A stretch of DNA of 63,945 nucleotides, the filler included, from Asterionella formosa (lineage: Eukaryota): NCBI GenBank assembly GCA_002256025.1. It is 29 parts of 29 records of this genome, joined end to end, with 100 filler letters (N's around TTAATTAATTAA, not from the genome) between each part and the next. Parts side by side here need not be neighbours in the genome. Positions count along the whole stretch, not along the records: positions 22,125 to 24,235 come from NKIB01000408.1; positions 24,336 to 26,446 come from NKIB01000409.1; positions 26,547 to 28,655 come from NKIB01000411.1; positions 28,756 to 30,864 come from NKIB01000412.1; positions 30,965 to 33,073 come from NKIB01000413.1; positions 33,174 to 35,281 come from NKIB01000414.1; positions 35,382 to 37,489 come from NKIB01000415.1; 22 more parts are not named here. The stretch is one strand, 5' to 3'. The position numbers and the translations under genes were made by a program. Numbering within the stretch: the first letter of the stretch is position 1; each line of letters starts with the position of its first letter. The notes beneath the pieces are model-generated. The model was not told the DNA's origin. It ran no database searches and saw only the letters and a list, made by a program, of their open reading frames with translations. Shown piece by piece: positions 23,301-36,074 of this stretch.

Positions 23301-24338
23301 ATGAAGTCAAGGGAGCTATACTGACGACATTGCAGCTGTGTTGTTAGGCGCAATCATTTAATTTGGCGGAATGCATTTATGTGTGATTGTGATACAAAAA
23401 CTGGATGCGAAAATTCTTAAAAATAATTTTGCGAAAACCAAACGGGGTAATCCGTGATCATAATGGTATATAAAATTATATTCAATTATACATAAAAGTT
23501 TAAGTACTGCTGTGACCCATTACCGGCAAATTTTGTCCACATAAAAGGGTTCGTATCTCAGTACCTTGACCTTCAATAAGAATACCGACAGATCCACAAC
23601 CTGCTGACTCCTTTGGTTAACAAGACCTGGAAGTTTGATTCTCGCAAGGCATGGAAAAGGTTTAGTCGAAGTAATCAAACGAATAGGAGAACTCAGTGGG
23701 TCACAGCAGTTCTTTACTGGTACTAGGGTGACCGACCTTCTTGCAGCACTGGGGTTGCCACTCGTACAGTCAACCTACGGTACTCGCGCCATACAGCCTC
23801 GAACATATGTATACTCGTGTCAGGCATGAGACCCCCCCTCGTGCGTGTCTTGCCTTCAGCAAGAACGCATGCTGCATTGTACGTACTTACAATTGTAAAT
23901 ATACATATTCATGATATAAATAAATGTGTTTTATGCTCAGGATACCATTTCGTAAGCTGACAAACGGAAGAACCACTGCTTAACACCAGTGACATACGGT
24001 ACCTGGTACAAGTAATCGATTTCATCATTGGCCTCATGAGGATGGATGGTAATGATCCCTCTCCAAACAAAAAGGTCCCAACCACCACACCACAATATAT
24101 CTACACTCTCTAGCAGGAACCAACTACCGGGTACTCATGGGCTCCTTGTTTCTGGGGTTAATGCCCTGGATGGAAGAAGTTTCTTTCCAAGCGTTGCTGA
24201 ACCACGAGTACAAAAAGGAATCCAAGATTGTCCAANNNNNNNNNNNNNNNNNNNNNNNNNNNNNNNNNNNNNNNNNNNNTTAATTAATTAANNNNNNNNN
24301 NNNNNNNNNNNNNNNNNNNNNNNNNNNNNNNNNNNGTT

Positions 24339-26423
24339 TTAGGCTCCCACTACCTTGACTTGCTCGGTTCCATTGGGGACTGCTTCACTGCGAAACTTGG
24401 TTTGCTTCTCTTCAGTCTCTTGCATGTTTTGTCGCATGCCCCATGACAACAACTTGTTCAAGGCAGACACATATGCACGTGCCGATGAGATCACAATGTC
24501 TTGATCTGATCCTGTTCCAGTGAACTTTCGAATCTTGGAGAGCCCAGTTTGAGCATTGGTCGATAAGGCAGAGTTAGGACCATCGACACAAGGGGCAATC
24601 ACGACACGAGTGGCAGCCAACGCCTGTGAGTAGTATAGTATCAATACAAATGGGCAAGGATAAGCTGGTTGTTTTGTCATTGTTCAAAAAAGAAAGTAAA
24701 CATGTCAACAAACACAAGCATAGAAAAAAATTTGTCTACCCACCTCAATACCTTCGGTCACACCCTGCATCTCATAGGTTTCTAAATCCACCTTGACACC
24801 CATAATTTGGTCAATTGCCTTGTATACAGCATCGACTGGTCCAGTCCCAGTTGCTGCCACATAGCGCTCGACAAAATCTGGTCCACGCATCTTGACTGTT
24901 GCTGTGGGCATGCCTGACATGCCTGTTGTGACTTGCAATCCAGTAACTTCCCAAAGGGGCTTAAGACTGGAATCGCTAACAAGAGCTTCCAAATCTTCAT
25001 CTTCTAATCCTCCCTTTTTCCGTTCGGCCACTTGCTTGAATCTGATAAAGACAGCTTCAAGCTTATCCATGTCCAAGTCATATCCCAACTCCCGCAAGCG
25101 AGTCCCGACGGCATTCCTTCCCGAGTGTTTGCCCAAAACAATACCTGCACCAGATTGTGAATCACCTCTCATGAGTCCAATGCTTTCAGGTGTCATGATT
25201 TCATATGTGCCCTTGTTTTTAATCATCCCATCTTGATGAATGCCAGATTCATGCTGAAATGCATTAGCCCCCACAATGGCCTTGTGAGGTTGACACTTCA
25301 TCCCAGTATATTCTGCCACCATTTTGGATGTGGGCGTAATATGAACTGGATTAATGGCCGTGTACAAGCGTCCAGTCCCTGGTCCACCGGAAAAGTGTGT
25401 ATCACCCTTGAGAGCCAGAGCCATGACAATTTCTTCCAAGGATGCATTGCCCGCACGTTCACCAATTCCATTAATTGTGCATTCAAGTTGACGTGCTCCA
25501 TTAAGAGCCCCAGCAAGGGAATTGGCCGTTGCCAGTCCGAGGTCATTTTGACAATGCGTGCTAAAAACGACCTTGTCGGCTCCCTCGACATTGTTGCGTA
25601 GTTTTTCAATCAAGGACCCAAATTCCCAAGGCATGTTCCATCCGGTCGTATCTGGAATATTCAGCGTGGTTGCCCCAGCTTGAATGACACGACTGAGAAT
25701 ACGATACAAAAACTCTGGATCACTTCTCCCTGCATCTTCCGGACTAAATTCAATATCATTGCATCCCAAGCTCTTTGCATATTCCACAGCTGCGACAGCA
25801 ATGTCTACAACTTCGTCTGGCGTCTTGTTTAATTTGGCTTCCATGTGTATTTTGGAGGTGGCAATAAAAGTGTGCACTCTTGGTCGTTTGGCCGACTTGA
25901 CAGCATCCCAGGCTCGTGCAATGTCCTTTGGATTGGCCCGTGAGAGGCCACAAATGACAGGCACGTATCCATCGTCAAAAACTTCATTGCCAACAATGTC
26001 AGCAATTTGCTTGACCCCATCAAAGTCATCCGGTGACGCAATGGGGAATCCAGCTTCAATGATATCCACCCCCAATTTGGCCAACATGCGCGCGATTTCC
26101 AACTTTTCGTTCGATGTTAGAGTCGCCCCAGGCGATTGCTCGCCATCACGCAAGGTGGTATCAAAGATTCGTACATAATCAGGGTCAGGAATGGATCCAG
26201 GAATGTAGGGTGGACGAGGTCGGCGTTGGTACAGAGCAGTGTCGACAGTTGCTTCGTCGGCAGGGAAGGTGGACATGCGACAGCGGGTGGTCGTTGCTGT
26301 TGCTGTTGTTGTCGTTCCGCGAGGAGCAAAGGCCATTGGCAAAGTGGGGGCAAAGGCAGCCGCAGACGAGCTCGTCTTGGCCAGGACGGCAGCCGCAATG
26401 GCGCAAGTCCAAATGAGTTTCAT
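24339..26423 (-). CDS. leuA: 2-isopropylmalate synthase, plastid-targeted precursor, 654 aa (intron 24624-24743)
   Basis: [67 protein letters not shown] and a C-terminal regulatory domain; signal peptide + AAAFAP motif; GT..AG intron restores frame. Confidence 0.97.
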
Positions 26424-26546
26424 CGTTGTGGTGGAAAACAGAAATANNNNNNNNNNNNNNNNNNNNNNNNNNNNNNNNNNNNNNNNNNNNTTAATTAATT
26501 AANNNNNNNNNNNNNNNNNNNNNNNNNNNNNNNNNNNNNNNNNNNN

Positions 26547-27110
26547 TGCAACAAACTGGTATCCACAATATTCTGAACTTGAAATTCTTTGATTGGAGGA
26601 TGAGCCTTTAACATAACTTGTACATAGACTGTTACTGATAGATTGATGTAAACGTTCACGGATAGCATTTGTTCGTGGATTCTTGACTGTAATGGTCCCA
26701 ATTTTAATTCCATTCAACACTTACATGTGTCTGAAAGGAATACCAGTAAATTGACCTCCATTGTCATGTATACAACCTTCTGGACAGAGATATCTGTCTA
26801 ACCAATCATTTTGCAACTAACAATGCTTTCATTGATGCAAGAGTTTGTTGATGTATGCATAGGTAACCATACAAACGGACTAGTTCCATTTCAATCCTGT
26901 TTTAAGTTTTGAAGAACAAAATTTGAAGTCGGTTGGAGTTTATCGATATCCCAATGAGTCAGTTTCTTCAACAGACCATTTCATATAGAATGGTGCTGGA
27001 GGACTTCAGCCATAACAGCATATTTCCGTATCTGTATAGTTAGGAGCTTGAATGTTCCATGTGTAAACATAATCCTTGATAGGTGTATCAAAATATAATA
27101 AACCATTGTG
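26547..27110 (-). pseudogene. Decayed Ty3/Gypsy integrase fragment
   Basis: NDWLDRYLCPEGCIHDNGGQFTGIPF...LNGIK...TVKNPRTNAIRERLHQSISNSL, the rve core with stops and frameshifts. Confidence 0.8.
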
Positions 27111-27479
27111 CAAATGTTCTGTGCGTATCATTATAGGAATGCATGACATGCAGAAAAACACTGATATCTCCACCATCGAAACTAGCAGTACACTTACCTT
27201 TGGAACCAGAGCCACCACTTCTGCATCGTCCACTTTGACACCAGTTACATGTAATGCAGAAAAACACAGCAGCGTGAGAAACAATAATCTAGCCGATAGA
27301 CCGGAACAGCATGAGACTCGTCCTCAACAAACACAACTTTCCGGTGAGAAGGGGGGGAACAAATACAAACGAAAAAAGTGTTCCATTGAGACCATGAAAC
27401 TTGCTCCAGCACCACAAGAATGTGGTGGGCATCAATCTTGATCAGATGGCTTGCCAGTTGGCGCTATTGGCGATCGCGC

Positions 27480-28030
27480 AAAATAAATGGTTCATGTGGT
27501 GGCTGGACGCTTTAAACTGGGAACGGAAGCATTGGACGATAACACTAGGAGAAAAGAAGAGCAGAGTAGAAGGAGAGTGAGAAAGCGAATAAAAAAGTTG
27601 AGGATTATAAAGCAACATTGAACAAGGTGCAAGCGATCAGAGCACTCAACAAACGGGCACACAAATGGACGGTGGTGCAAACAAAAACAATCGTGTTGTG
27701 GTACAAATGAATTGGCGATGCACCATGCATTACCTGCAACGAAACAACTACCGCTTACCGAGCATGTTGATACAATAAGCGGTGGCGATGCACCAGTCCC
27801 AGTTGCCGTAGCAATACTGCCACCATCGGCCTCAGCTGAAGTGGATGACAAGGATGAAGTTGGTGTGATGATGGAAAAGTGATGCATGTGTTGTTTGTAC
27901 AATAAATCGACGTCAGTTGACACAAGAAATTGGAGAAAATATGGAAAACGAGGTAATATTTTCTAACCGTATACCATTAAAAAGTATATATACATGATGA
28001 AAAATATATGAATGGCTTAAGACCACTAAA
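27480..28030 (+). pseudogene. C-terminal/3' remnant of the pogo-like family also at 602-1300 and 43080-43990
   Basis: HVVAGRFKLG...LPATKQL...GDAPVPVAV parallels HVAAGRYL...; shared 3' tract attttctaaccgt...aatggct. Confidence 0.55.
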
Positions 28031-28236
28031 ATGCAAAATGAACGACTTAAAAAGTTCGATATCGTAAGATATATCCTTCCAATTGTTAAAATGATTCAAT
28101 TATCTAGTACTTGCATGCATTAGTCGACCTCTATTCAAAGGGTTGTTTTAAATGGGGTTGGCTGAACATTTTTCTAATTTTAGTCCAAAAACGGGGTAAT
28201 ATACCGGTAGTGGTCTTAAGCAGTTTTTGACTGTTA

Positions 28237-28530
28237 CCGGTACTAGGTACCTGGTACCTGTGCAAGTTGCGGTAATTTTGCTGAAACTAAAGATTTATCA
28301 TACCGGTAGCTATGTAGTTTTATCCCAGATGAAATTGTTTGTTTACCGATACCTGGTACCTGGTACCTGGTAAGCAAAATGACCGCAACTTGCTTGGTAT
28401 GCATGCACTGTAGACAAATACCGGTAAATATGCTTCTTGTTCGCGTCGAGCGTCGAAGGGCCATGTCCCGGTATGTATGATACCAGTACCAGGTACCTGG
28501 TACCTGGTACCAGTAGTCTACCAGGTAGTG
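28237..28530. repeat. GGTACC/CCWGG palindromic array with (CCTGGTA)n runs
   Basis: acctggtacctggtacctggta (from 28351); taccagtaccaggtacctggtacctggtaccagta (from 28481). Confidence 0.85.
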
Positions 28531-28935
28531 TGTCGTTCGTACGTATGAGGTGGTAAGAGAGATGATGGTGAAGAAAGGTTTTAGAGTCAGGTTCCACAGT
28601 ACGTATTTTGTACATTGTATACCTAGGGCGGTCGTTTTGAGAAAAGGTTCATGAANNNNNNNNNNNNNNNNNNNNNNNNNNNNNNNNNNNNNNNNNNNNT
28701 TAATTAATTAANNNNNNNNNNNNNNNNNNNNNNNNNNNNNNNNNNNNNNNNNNNNCAATTTTTTTACGTGATTATTATTAATCAAAATCAACACTGGTGG
28801 AATTATGTCTACTGATGAGGATGGTACCAGGTAGTATTGTTTGCCAAATATGTGCCGAACAAGGTCCATTATTTTAGCTACCTGTTATTCTTATTTTTCT
28901 CTCGCCAACACAGCACTGCAACGACAGTAAATATC

Positions 28936-30669
28936 ATGGATCTGTGTGACAATAACGACGAGGACAAATGTAAATTCTGCGGTAAAGGTCCTTTTAAATC
29001 AATTCGTGGTCATCACAGACACAGCCCCTCGTGTGGGCAACAATATATGATTCAATCTCAGATTCAAGCATCGCAGACATCATCAATGGTAGCGACTTCT
29101 CCAAGAGATGGACGACACCACTCTCAAGACCCCCTTGCAAAATTCCTGAAACAATCGCCAGCAGCCATTGATTTCGTTCAAACAGTTTGTTTTGATGCCG
29201 ATGACTATGATAATGGTTCATTCCTTGATAGTTTAGTAGATCATGATGCTGCTGCTAATAATGGTCCAATCATTCAGAACGGAGAAATAAACGACATTAT
29301 AAACCCTACCAACTTCCGATTTTGCCAAGAAGATCCAGGTACAGCCTACACACAAAAGGATGTTGTAAAAACGGAGCTAGCTACTTAGCATTTTACTTGG
29401 TAGTAGGTCACCATTATATCTTTATGATGCAATTCTTAAATGGCAACAGGAAATGAAACCGTTGGGGTAATGCTTGTTGCTTGTTTGGTAATGGCTACAG
29501 ACGCCGGAATCAAGCTTTGCAAGGATAAGGTTGGAATGTCAATGCAGGAAATAAAAGACATCCAAATAATTTTCGAGGGCATGGTTTGTTATAATTCCTG
29601 GTTCAGCCAAGAAAGTTATGACGTACATCGATTGATGGAAATTGATTGTCGATCCATTGTCAAGTACTACACAAAATTAGTCAAGATTTTCCCAAGAGAA
29701 ACGACAGAGCAAGGCTGGAAAATGACAAAGTTTCATCAGCAGATGCATACTGTCCGAAATATCGAACGGTTTGGCAGTCCGCAAGTTTTCAATGGTGGAC
29801 CAATGGAAAAGAATTTAAAATTCCTTTGCAAGTTACCAGCTAAAACATCTCAAAAACGACATCACCTAATGGACCTTCAATCTGGACAACGAATTATCGA
29901 AAACATTGCCATAGGTGTTGCATGTCGGGAATTTTTGGGAAAAGATCCTTTTGAACATGACGATACAGATTCGCTCGCCGATGATGGTTCTACTAATGAA
30001 ACACCAAGCACTGGGACTGACAGTATAAGCACATCTACAGGTGGTGCACGCTTTATCTTAAAGTTACAGGAAAATAATGGTGGATTCGCTATTGCATCTG
30101 TCACTTCCAATTCGGCGACTATAAAGACATCAGGAGTTGACCTTGATTTAATTCGATTTCTAGGAAAGGAAGTGCTTCCCTTCATAACCAAAAAGTCAAT
30201 TGAGGTCCTGTGTGAACACAAACGAGATGGAAATACTTTCCATGCCCATCCCAATTATTTGGGACAGGGGTCTTGGTATGATTGGGCCGACTTCAAATGG
30301 ATAGACGAGGAAAGTGGTATACCTTACATAGTGTTGGGGAAAATCTTTGGTTTTGTATTGCTTGGGCCTGAATTTGATTTTACTGATCCACGATTGTGTG
30401 CATCACTCCGCAACGAAACAACTGGAATCTTTGCAATTGTGAACTCATGTAAGGATCCAAGTGAGAGTTTATTTAATAGCCGTCGTTCTAAAATGTTTGA
30501 GATAGCTCACCTGATGGGTTATGAATCAGGAAAGAGAAAACAGCTCATGTTTGTTACAGTCGATTGTATTTCTGCTCCTGCTGTTGTTGTCCCTAATATT
30601 GGAGGAATACCTGGGTCGGTATTACAAGTTAAACCTCAGCATACTTGGCAATCTTTTTTCTCATTTTGA
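28936..30669 (+). mobile_element. Plavaka/CACTA-like transposase, internally deleted (N-terminal Cys/His finger joined to C-terminal ~400 aa)
   Basis: CKFCGKGPFKSIRGHHRHSPSC; WKMTKFHQQMHTVRNIERFGSPQVFNGGPMEKNLK...PAKTSQKR; FHAHPNYLGQGSWYDWADFKW; stop and break at ~29390-29440. Confidence 0.75.
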
Positions 30670-30964
30670 GATTCTAGATATGCATGCACACAACACAGCA
30701 GTACTAGTTATTTCTATTAATATATATATTAGCTACCGGTAGCTATATGTATGAACGTTGTATGCTACACGAAGGCCAAAGCGAGCGCTGGTCAATGTGT
30801 ACGACAGGGTCTCCAATAAATCAGTTCTCGACCATGCCCGGAAGCCTTCCGAAATCAAGAAAATNNNNNNNNNNNNNNNNNNNNNNNNNNNNNNNNNNNN
30901 NNNNNNNNTTAATTAATTAANNNNNNNNNNNNNNNNNNNNNNNNNNNNNNNNNNNNNNNNNNNN

Positions 30965-32283
30965 TCGCTATTATCGCACATACCTCTGTAATGGCGATCA
31001 GCAATCTGCTGTTGTATAGTAGGGACAAAAGTCACTATCTGGCCAGCAGGAGGGTTCGTGACCACTGAAATTTCCTGGGCAGATGTATTCTCGGTAGGAT
31101 CGGCACGTGGCACGGTACCCCAACCGGATGGACGAGTATTATGACTCCATGTATTTAACATACGAGCATGTGGAACAGGCACAGGGTTAGCAGTGTCAGT
31201 ATGATAGCTTTCCGTAGGATTGCTGTGTGCACCGCCTCCACGACCACCAAAATGTCCTCGTCTACCAAAACTGGAACGGCCACGTCCATTTGTATGACGA
31301 CCAGTCATACGACCTGCTCGACCACCTTTAGTACGAGGATTCTGGAAACAATTGCCCCAAGTATGTACACCTTCAGGATGTACCGGGCAAGGACCACGAT
31401 AATCATGGTATGTACGACTGGCTTGTAGAGCTTGATGACGAACAGTTGCCTGACGATCCCATGCGCGTCCGGCTGCATTGACAATAGCACGCGCTCTTCC
31501 ACGACCACTTGGAGTAAAATTATCCTTGTAGAATTGACGTCTGACACGCTCGTTTTCTTGATGCATCACACGATTGCCTTCAGCAATGCGAAGACGGTTC
31601 TGTGTGATTGTTTGAAAACTGTTCTTGGGAAGATGCTTGTTTCGATCCTTAAACGATTGTTGACTCTCGAAGTAAGCGAGAACCGAGCGAATCGATTGGT
31701 CTGAAGTCTTTGCATGATTTAATTCAAACTCTTGTTGCCACTCATCGGGCATAGAACGGATAATGATAATCCGTATATCTTCTTTTGACAATCCAACTTG
31801 ATCTTCTGGATGAGGCATTAGTTGAAGTAGCCTGTTTAAAGTTTTAATACGAGCTCCGTAATCCATTACCAACATGGAAAAGGGTTTAGATAAATAACGT
31901 AGCATCCATTGTCGTTGATGTTGAAAACTCTCATTTGGCAAACGATCGTCTAACCATAAAGCCATCGCTTCTTCGAAACTATCGTAAGATTGATCTTCTG
32001 GGTGTACTTCCACATTCAACCAATCCGATAAGGCAATGTCTGTCAAACACCTTTTAAAATAGGAAAAGGTATCTGCAGGGCTAAAGTCACATGTGTTAGC
32101 CATGTCACGAAATTGACTCACTCCAATTAACAATGCTTCCACTGAGCTTCCATCGATCATATCTTGATCAAACGATTCAAACCTTCCACCGGTTAAAGCA
32201 ACTCTGAACGTTTTAGTTTTGATAGTCAATACATTGTAGTCTTTGATCAAAGGAATCACAGGAACCCTTGAATACATTGCCAT
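30965..32283 (-). CDS. Ty3/Gypsy gag-like ORF (3'-truncated)
   Basis: Capsid-like KPFSMLVMDYGARIKTLNRLL...RSMPDEWQQEF; zinc knuckle CPVHPEGVHTWGNC; RGG-rich segment; starts 80 nt downstream of an LTR. Confidence 0.8.
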
Positions 32284-32362
32284 GTTTGTTGTCTTCTAAT
32301 TCGACTCTTTTTGAATTCAAAGTGAAGTATCTAACCAGAAGTAGTAGTATTTGTTGAATATA

Positions 32363-32517
32363 TGAGTTTATTAATTAATCCTTATGTACAACTCATTTCC
32401 TGAACTGACATCAAAGTATAGAATGGGTGTTAGTCGAGTTCTCTCATTATACAATTCCGATATATTTGATATAACCCTAACCCTAAATACATCTGTATCG
32501 ATGTGCAGGATTGCTCA
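32363..32517 (-). mobile_element. Short 5' LTR (155 bp), TGAG...AATAAACTCA
   Basis: TG..CA inverted termini and AATAAA near the end; homologous to 60324-60480 and 41452-41604, with homology ending at the same base. Confidence 0.8.
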
Positions 32518-32974
32518 CCTGGTACCCAGTATGATGGTATGTACACAATTTGAACAAAAGTTACCTACCGGTACAACTACGCCGTACTGCTACATAATGA
32601 ACATAACGGTAAGCCATTTTTAAGGTTTGCTCACGTATGGCTGGTTTGATAAAATATTTACGGACAAATATTCGCCATATTCGGACTTACACGGAACTCC
32701 CCGGTAGCTGGATGCATTTCCTTGTCATTCTCGCCGAATTGAGGAACGAACAACAAGTGCTAAATCCTCCTTTCCGCCATTTCCGCCATCTTCCGTATTT
32801 TCATAAAGTCTTGATTTTGTTCCATCATAGACTTGGCTCCTAAACAAACATCCTTTGATTCGAATATCAGCATCCGTACGAAAACAAACAGATTTTTTTG
32901 ATAACAATATCATCGCGTTGTCCTTACGAAATACTCCGACAGAGTATCGCAGCCAACAGCAACACTCTAACAAC

Positions 32975-33073
32975 ATGATGGATCATCGGGCTTTGTCGCC
33001 TGCCGAGACGAATGAAGAAGACATGGACGATGGATCTCCTCCATCTTCTCCTGCCGAAGACTTTGAACAGCGA
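32975..33073 (+). CDS. Probable 5' end of a host gene (acidic/Pro-Ser N-terminus), truncated
   Basis: caacATGATG start context; open to contig end; product unknown. Confidence 0.4.
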
Positions 33074-33288
33074 NNNNNNNNNNNNNNNNNNNNNNNNNNN
33101 NNNNNNNNNNNNNNNNNTTAATTAATTAANNNNNNNNNNNNNNNNNNNNNNNNNNNNNNNNNNNNNNNNNNNNGCCTACCGGTACGACTTTTTCAAACGC
33201 ACAAAGATTTCGTAGACATTCATTCATGATCATTTTTTGGCTTGCCGCCGCAGCAACAACAATCAGAAATATAAATATATGATTGAAC

Positions 33289-34656
33289 ATGCTTTACCCT
33301 GATGCAATGACACCGAAAGTCAGTTGCTTAATGATATCCAACGTAAAGACAGGTGTCCTCTTGATGTTTGTTATTCTTGTTCTGCTTCAGCTGGGCACTC
33401 AGTTTCTGGAATATGTGCCGGTAAACTTCGCGACCTTCGCTAGCAAAACAACAACAGGAGTAAACACAACAAACGCAAGTGCCATTTGGAACATGAAACC
33501 TCCCGCCAAATCATCAAACAGCGACTTGGACCATTGCCATAATCAGGGAATGACAGTGAATCAATTCTGTATACCGTGGCCAGTGGAGATGGACTCGTGG
33601 TGGACACATCATCCAGAATGGGAGGTGTCGTTTGAAAATGACATTTGTTTCTGCTTCAGAAAGATGGCAAGCAATTCGCCGAGGTTCAAATTCCTTCGTG
33701 AGATTTACTATCTACAGTTTTCGGAATCCACAAATTGCTCCAACGTGTATAGCAAAAAGATGTTTAATTCAGGATGGGGCGTAGACACGGAAATGCTAGC
33801 TGACAGGCAACTATATGGCTACCAAAACAAAAGGCCATTCCAACTCATTACAAAAGGCGAGACCTGGAAATATGCTATATCGACAGGAAGAGAAAAAGCT
33901 TTTTGTAACAGTCCAACCATGTTTTGTTATTTTTTGCCACTCGGAAGGTGTACAGCTGGAGAACATTATCACAATCCAAAAGGTGCAATGGCCCGAGATT
34001 CGGAAAGACGTACACCGACACAGCTGCAGCATATGTCATGGTTACGGATAAATACCGCACGACCTCAGCAATGGTTTAGGAAACGTCTGTATGAGTACAT
34101 GAAAGTGAACTCCCCTCCAAACATGCAAACACCATGTGTTGCCATACATGTGCGACGAAATGATGTTGTCAAAGATGGAATACAATCCAGAAAATACTTT
34201 GCAATTTCTGAATATTTAGAAAGAATACCAAGCCTCATGAGAAACAAAAGTGCTAATATCTTGCTTTTTACAGATGATGCGAATGCTATTGATGAAGCAC
34301 ATGAGTTTCATCCTGACTACAATTGGATGTATGTGAATAGGACAAGATACCGTGGAGCACAAGCAGGATTTGGAAAGCATCTGCCCACAAACAATCCAGT
34401 GACGGAAGTTTTGGCCATTCATTCCATCTTTCGTCTTGCGAAGCAGTGCCATACTTTTGTTCATTCACAAAGCTCATTCTCTCTAGCAATTTATGACTAT
34501 ATGAAGGCTGCGACTGGAAGTAACATTACGCGGATCCAGATTGACATTAGTGATCCAAAACGACGTTCTCCGAAACACAATGAATCGGAAAAAGTACTCG
34601 CCATAAAATTGGAACAGTTGAGAAGGAAGAAATTTGGAAATGGAAGTATAACCTAA
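33289..34656 (+). CDS. Type II membrane glycosyltransferase, GT23 / alpha-1,6-fucosyltransferase-like
   Basis: N-terminal TM helix; SGWG; CYFLPLGRC; VAIHVRRND (motif I), LLFTDD (motif II), CHTFVHSQSSFS (motif III). Confidence 0.8.
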   Translation: MLYPDAMTPKVSCLMISNVKTGVLLMFVILVLLQLGTQFLEYVPVNFATFASKTTTGVNTTNASAIWNMKPPAKSSNSDLDHCHNQGMTVNQFCIPWPVEMDSWWTHHPEWEVSFENDICFCFRKMASNSPRFKFLREIYYLQFSESTNCSNVYSKKMFNSGWGVDTEMLADRQLYGYQNKRPFQLITKGETWKYAISTGREKAFCNSPTMFCYFLPLGRCTAGEHYHNPKGAMARDSERRTPTQLQHMSWLRINTARPQQWFRKRLYEYMKVNSPPNMQTPCVAIHVRRNDVVKDGIQSRKYFAISEYLERIPSLMRNKSANILLFTDDANAIDEAHEFHPDYNWMYVNRTRYRGAQAGFGKHLPTNNPVTEVLAIHSIFRLAKQCHTFVHSQSSFSLAIYDYMKAATGSNITRIQIDISDPKRRSPKHNESEKVLAIKLEQLRRKKFGNGSIT

Positions 34657-34677
34657 TGAGCAAACTGCAATTGTAAG

Positions 34678-34880
34678 TATGTATTTTTAATGAGCCCGAA
34701 ACAAACACTTCACTAAAATACTACAGGAGCTCTTTACTACCAGTATATAAATATATTCCGTTGCACAAGCGATGATGATGTTCATAAAACAATTCATCAG
34801 TATGCGTTTTTAATGAGCCCGAAACCAACACCATACTGAATGCTACAGGAACCCTTTACTGTATAAAAATATATTATTTT
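34678..34880 (+). repeat. Tandem duplication (~120-bp period) in the 3' flank of the glycosyltransferase
   Basis: tttttaatgagcccgaaac...ctacagga.c.ctttact occurs at ~34684 and ~34807; aaaacaattcatcagtat at 34786 and 34941. Confidence 0.75.
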
Positions 34881-34978
34881 GTTGTCACCATAGACACGAT
34901 GGTGTTATTCTAGTACCAGGTACCTTGGTACCGTAGCGGTAAAACAATTCATCAGTATCGTCATCTCATTCTGATTAT

Positions 34979-35213
34979 AGTGGGCGCGCTCTGATAATAA
35001 TTAATTATTATATCATGTGTGTATTATAACACAAATTATTCTGGTGATCTGCTACATAAAATCGTCCTTGCGCTCTGATATTAGAGATATTTAGATGACT
35101 TCTCTGACATTATATATTTTTAACTTTAATTTTCAACAGTTAAATTTTCATATTGATGCATCCTCTTGTATGCTATGCCGCCTCTTGTTCATTATATGCA
35201 TGAGTTCTATATA
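34979..35213 (+). repeat. ~235-bp dispersed repeat (likely transposon end); inverted copy at ~42440-42677
   Basis: agtgggcgcgctctgataat...cattatatgcatg.gttctatat near-identical; internal gcgctctgata twice. Confidence 0.88.
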
Positions 35214-35381
35214 TTCATCATCGTTGGTCACTGACCATGTCAACTTTCATCTCATCTCCTGATGATGATGATGATGATGATNNNNNNNNNNNNNNNNNNN
35301 NNNNNNNNNNNNNNNNNNNNNNNNNTTAATTAATTAANNNNNNNNNNNNNNNNNNNNNNNNNNNNNNNNNNNNNNNNNNNN

Positions 35382-36074
35382 GAAAATTGGTCTCCACTCT
35401 AATTTCAGTCTATCCAGGAGCTTCTTGTCAGGGGATAGTGACGGTGGATCAAGAAGGCGAAATGGTCTGACAATGCCTGGTTGTCCATTTAGCCATAGAC
35501 TCCACCCTGTCCGGCGGAGAATCTTTTCAGGAAACTGCCAACCCCTTGGTACCTGCCAAAACTTTCCATCATAGTAGTACAAAGTATGATCTATCCCCTT
35601 CTGTTGACCTTGTTGATGTTCTTGTTCAGGGAGTGGTCGAGTTACCTGATCATTTGTTATTCCACCTTGTTGAAGCTGATCACAAAGCACCTGTTCAAGC
35701 TGTTTGTGATGCTCTTTCAACCGATTGTTTAGAAAATCGATTGTAATGACACCACCACAGATGTCATGCTCTTCAATTGCTTGAACTACAGAAGCTTTGA
35801 TTTCCTCTGTCTGATGCATCATCATTGATGTTATCTGAGTGACTTTTAGAAGAATCTCACTCAATTTTTGTGAGTGATCAATATGTGGTGGGATCCCTGT
35901 GGCTTGGGGCATGTTGTCAGTTCTATCAAGTGTCACAAATTTTTGCACGCGCTGAAGGAGGCCAGGATATTGCAATAGTGGAATTGCTGAAAATGGGTGG
36001 TTTGGTTTTTTCTCAATTACATGTTTAACAAAGGCACCCATGTGATAAACAACTGAGAGTGACATTGATCCCAT
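35382..36074 (-). mobile_element. Probable Crypton (tyrosine-recombinase transposon) C-terminal region
   Basis: HPFSAIPL...PQATGIPPHI...YYYDGKFWQVPRGWQFP...GWSLWLNG...VRPFRLL is the pattern I associate with stramenopile Crypton C-termini; catalytic core not present. Confidence 0.6.

Noticed and set aside
24782..26502. Many overlapping and antisense ORFs over leuA, and likewise over the RT, LRR and Copia ORFs
   Set aside because: Shadows of the real coding frame with no recognisable motifs.
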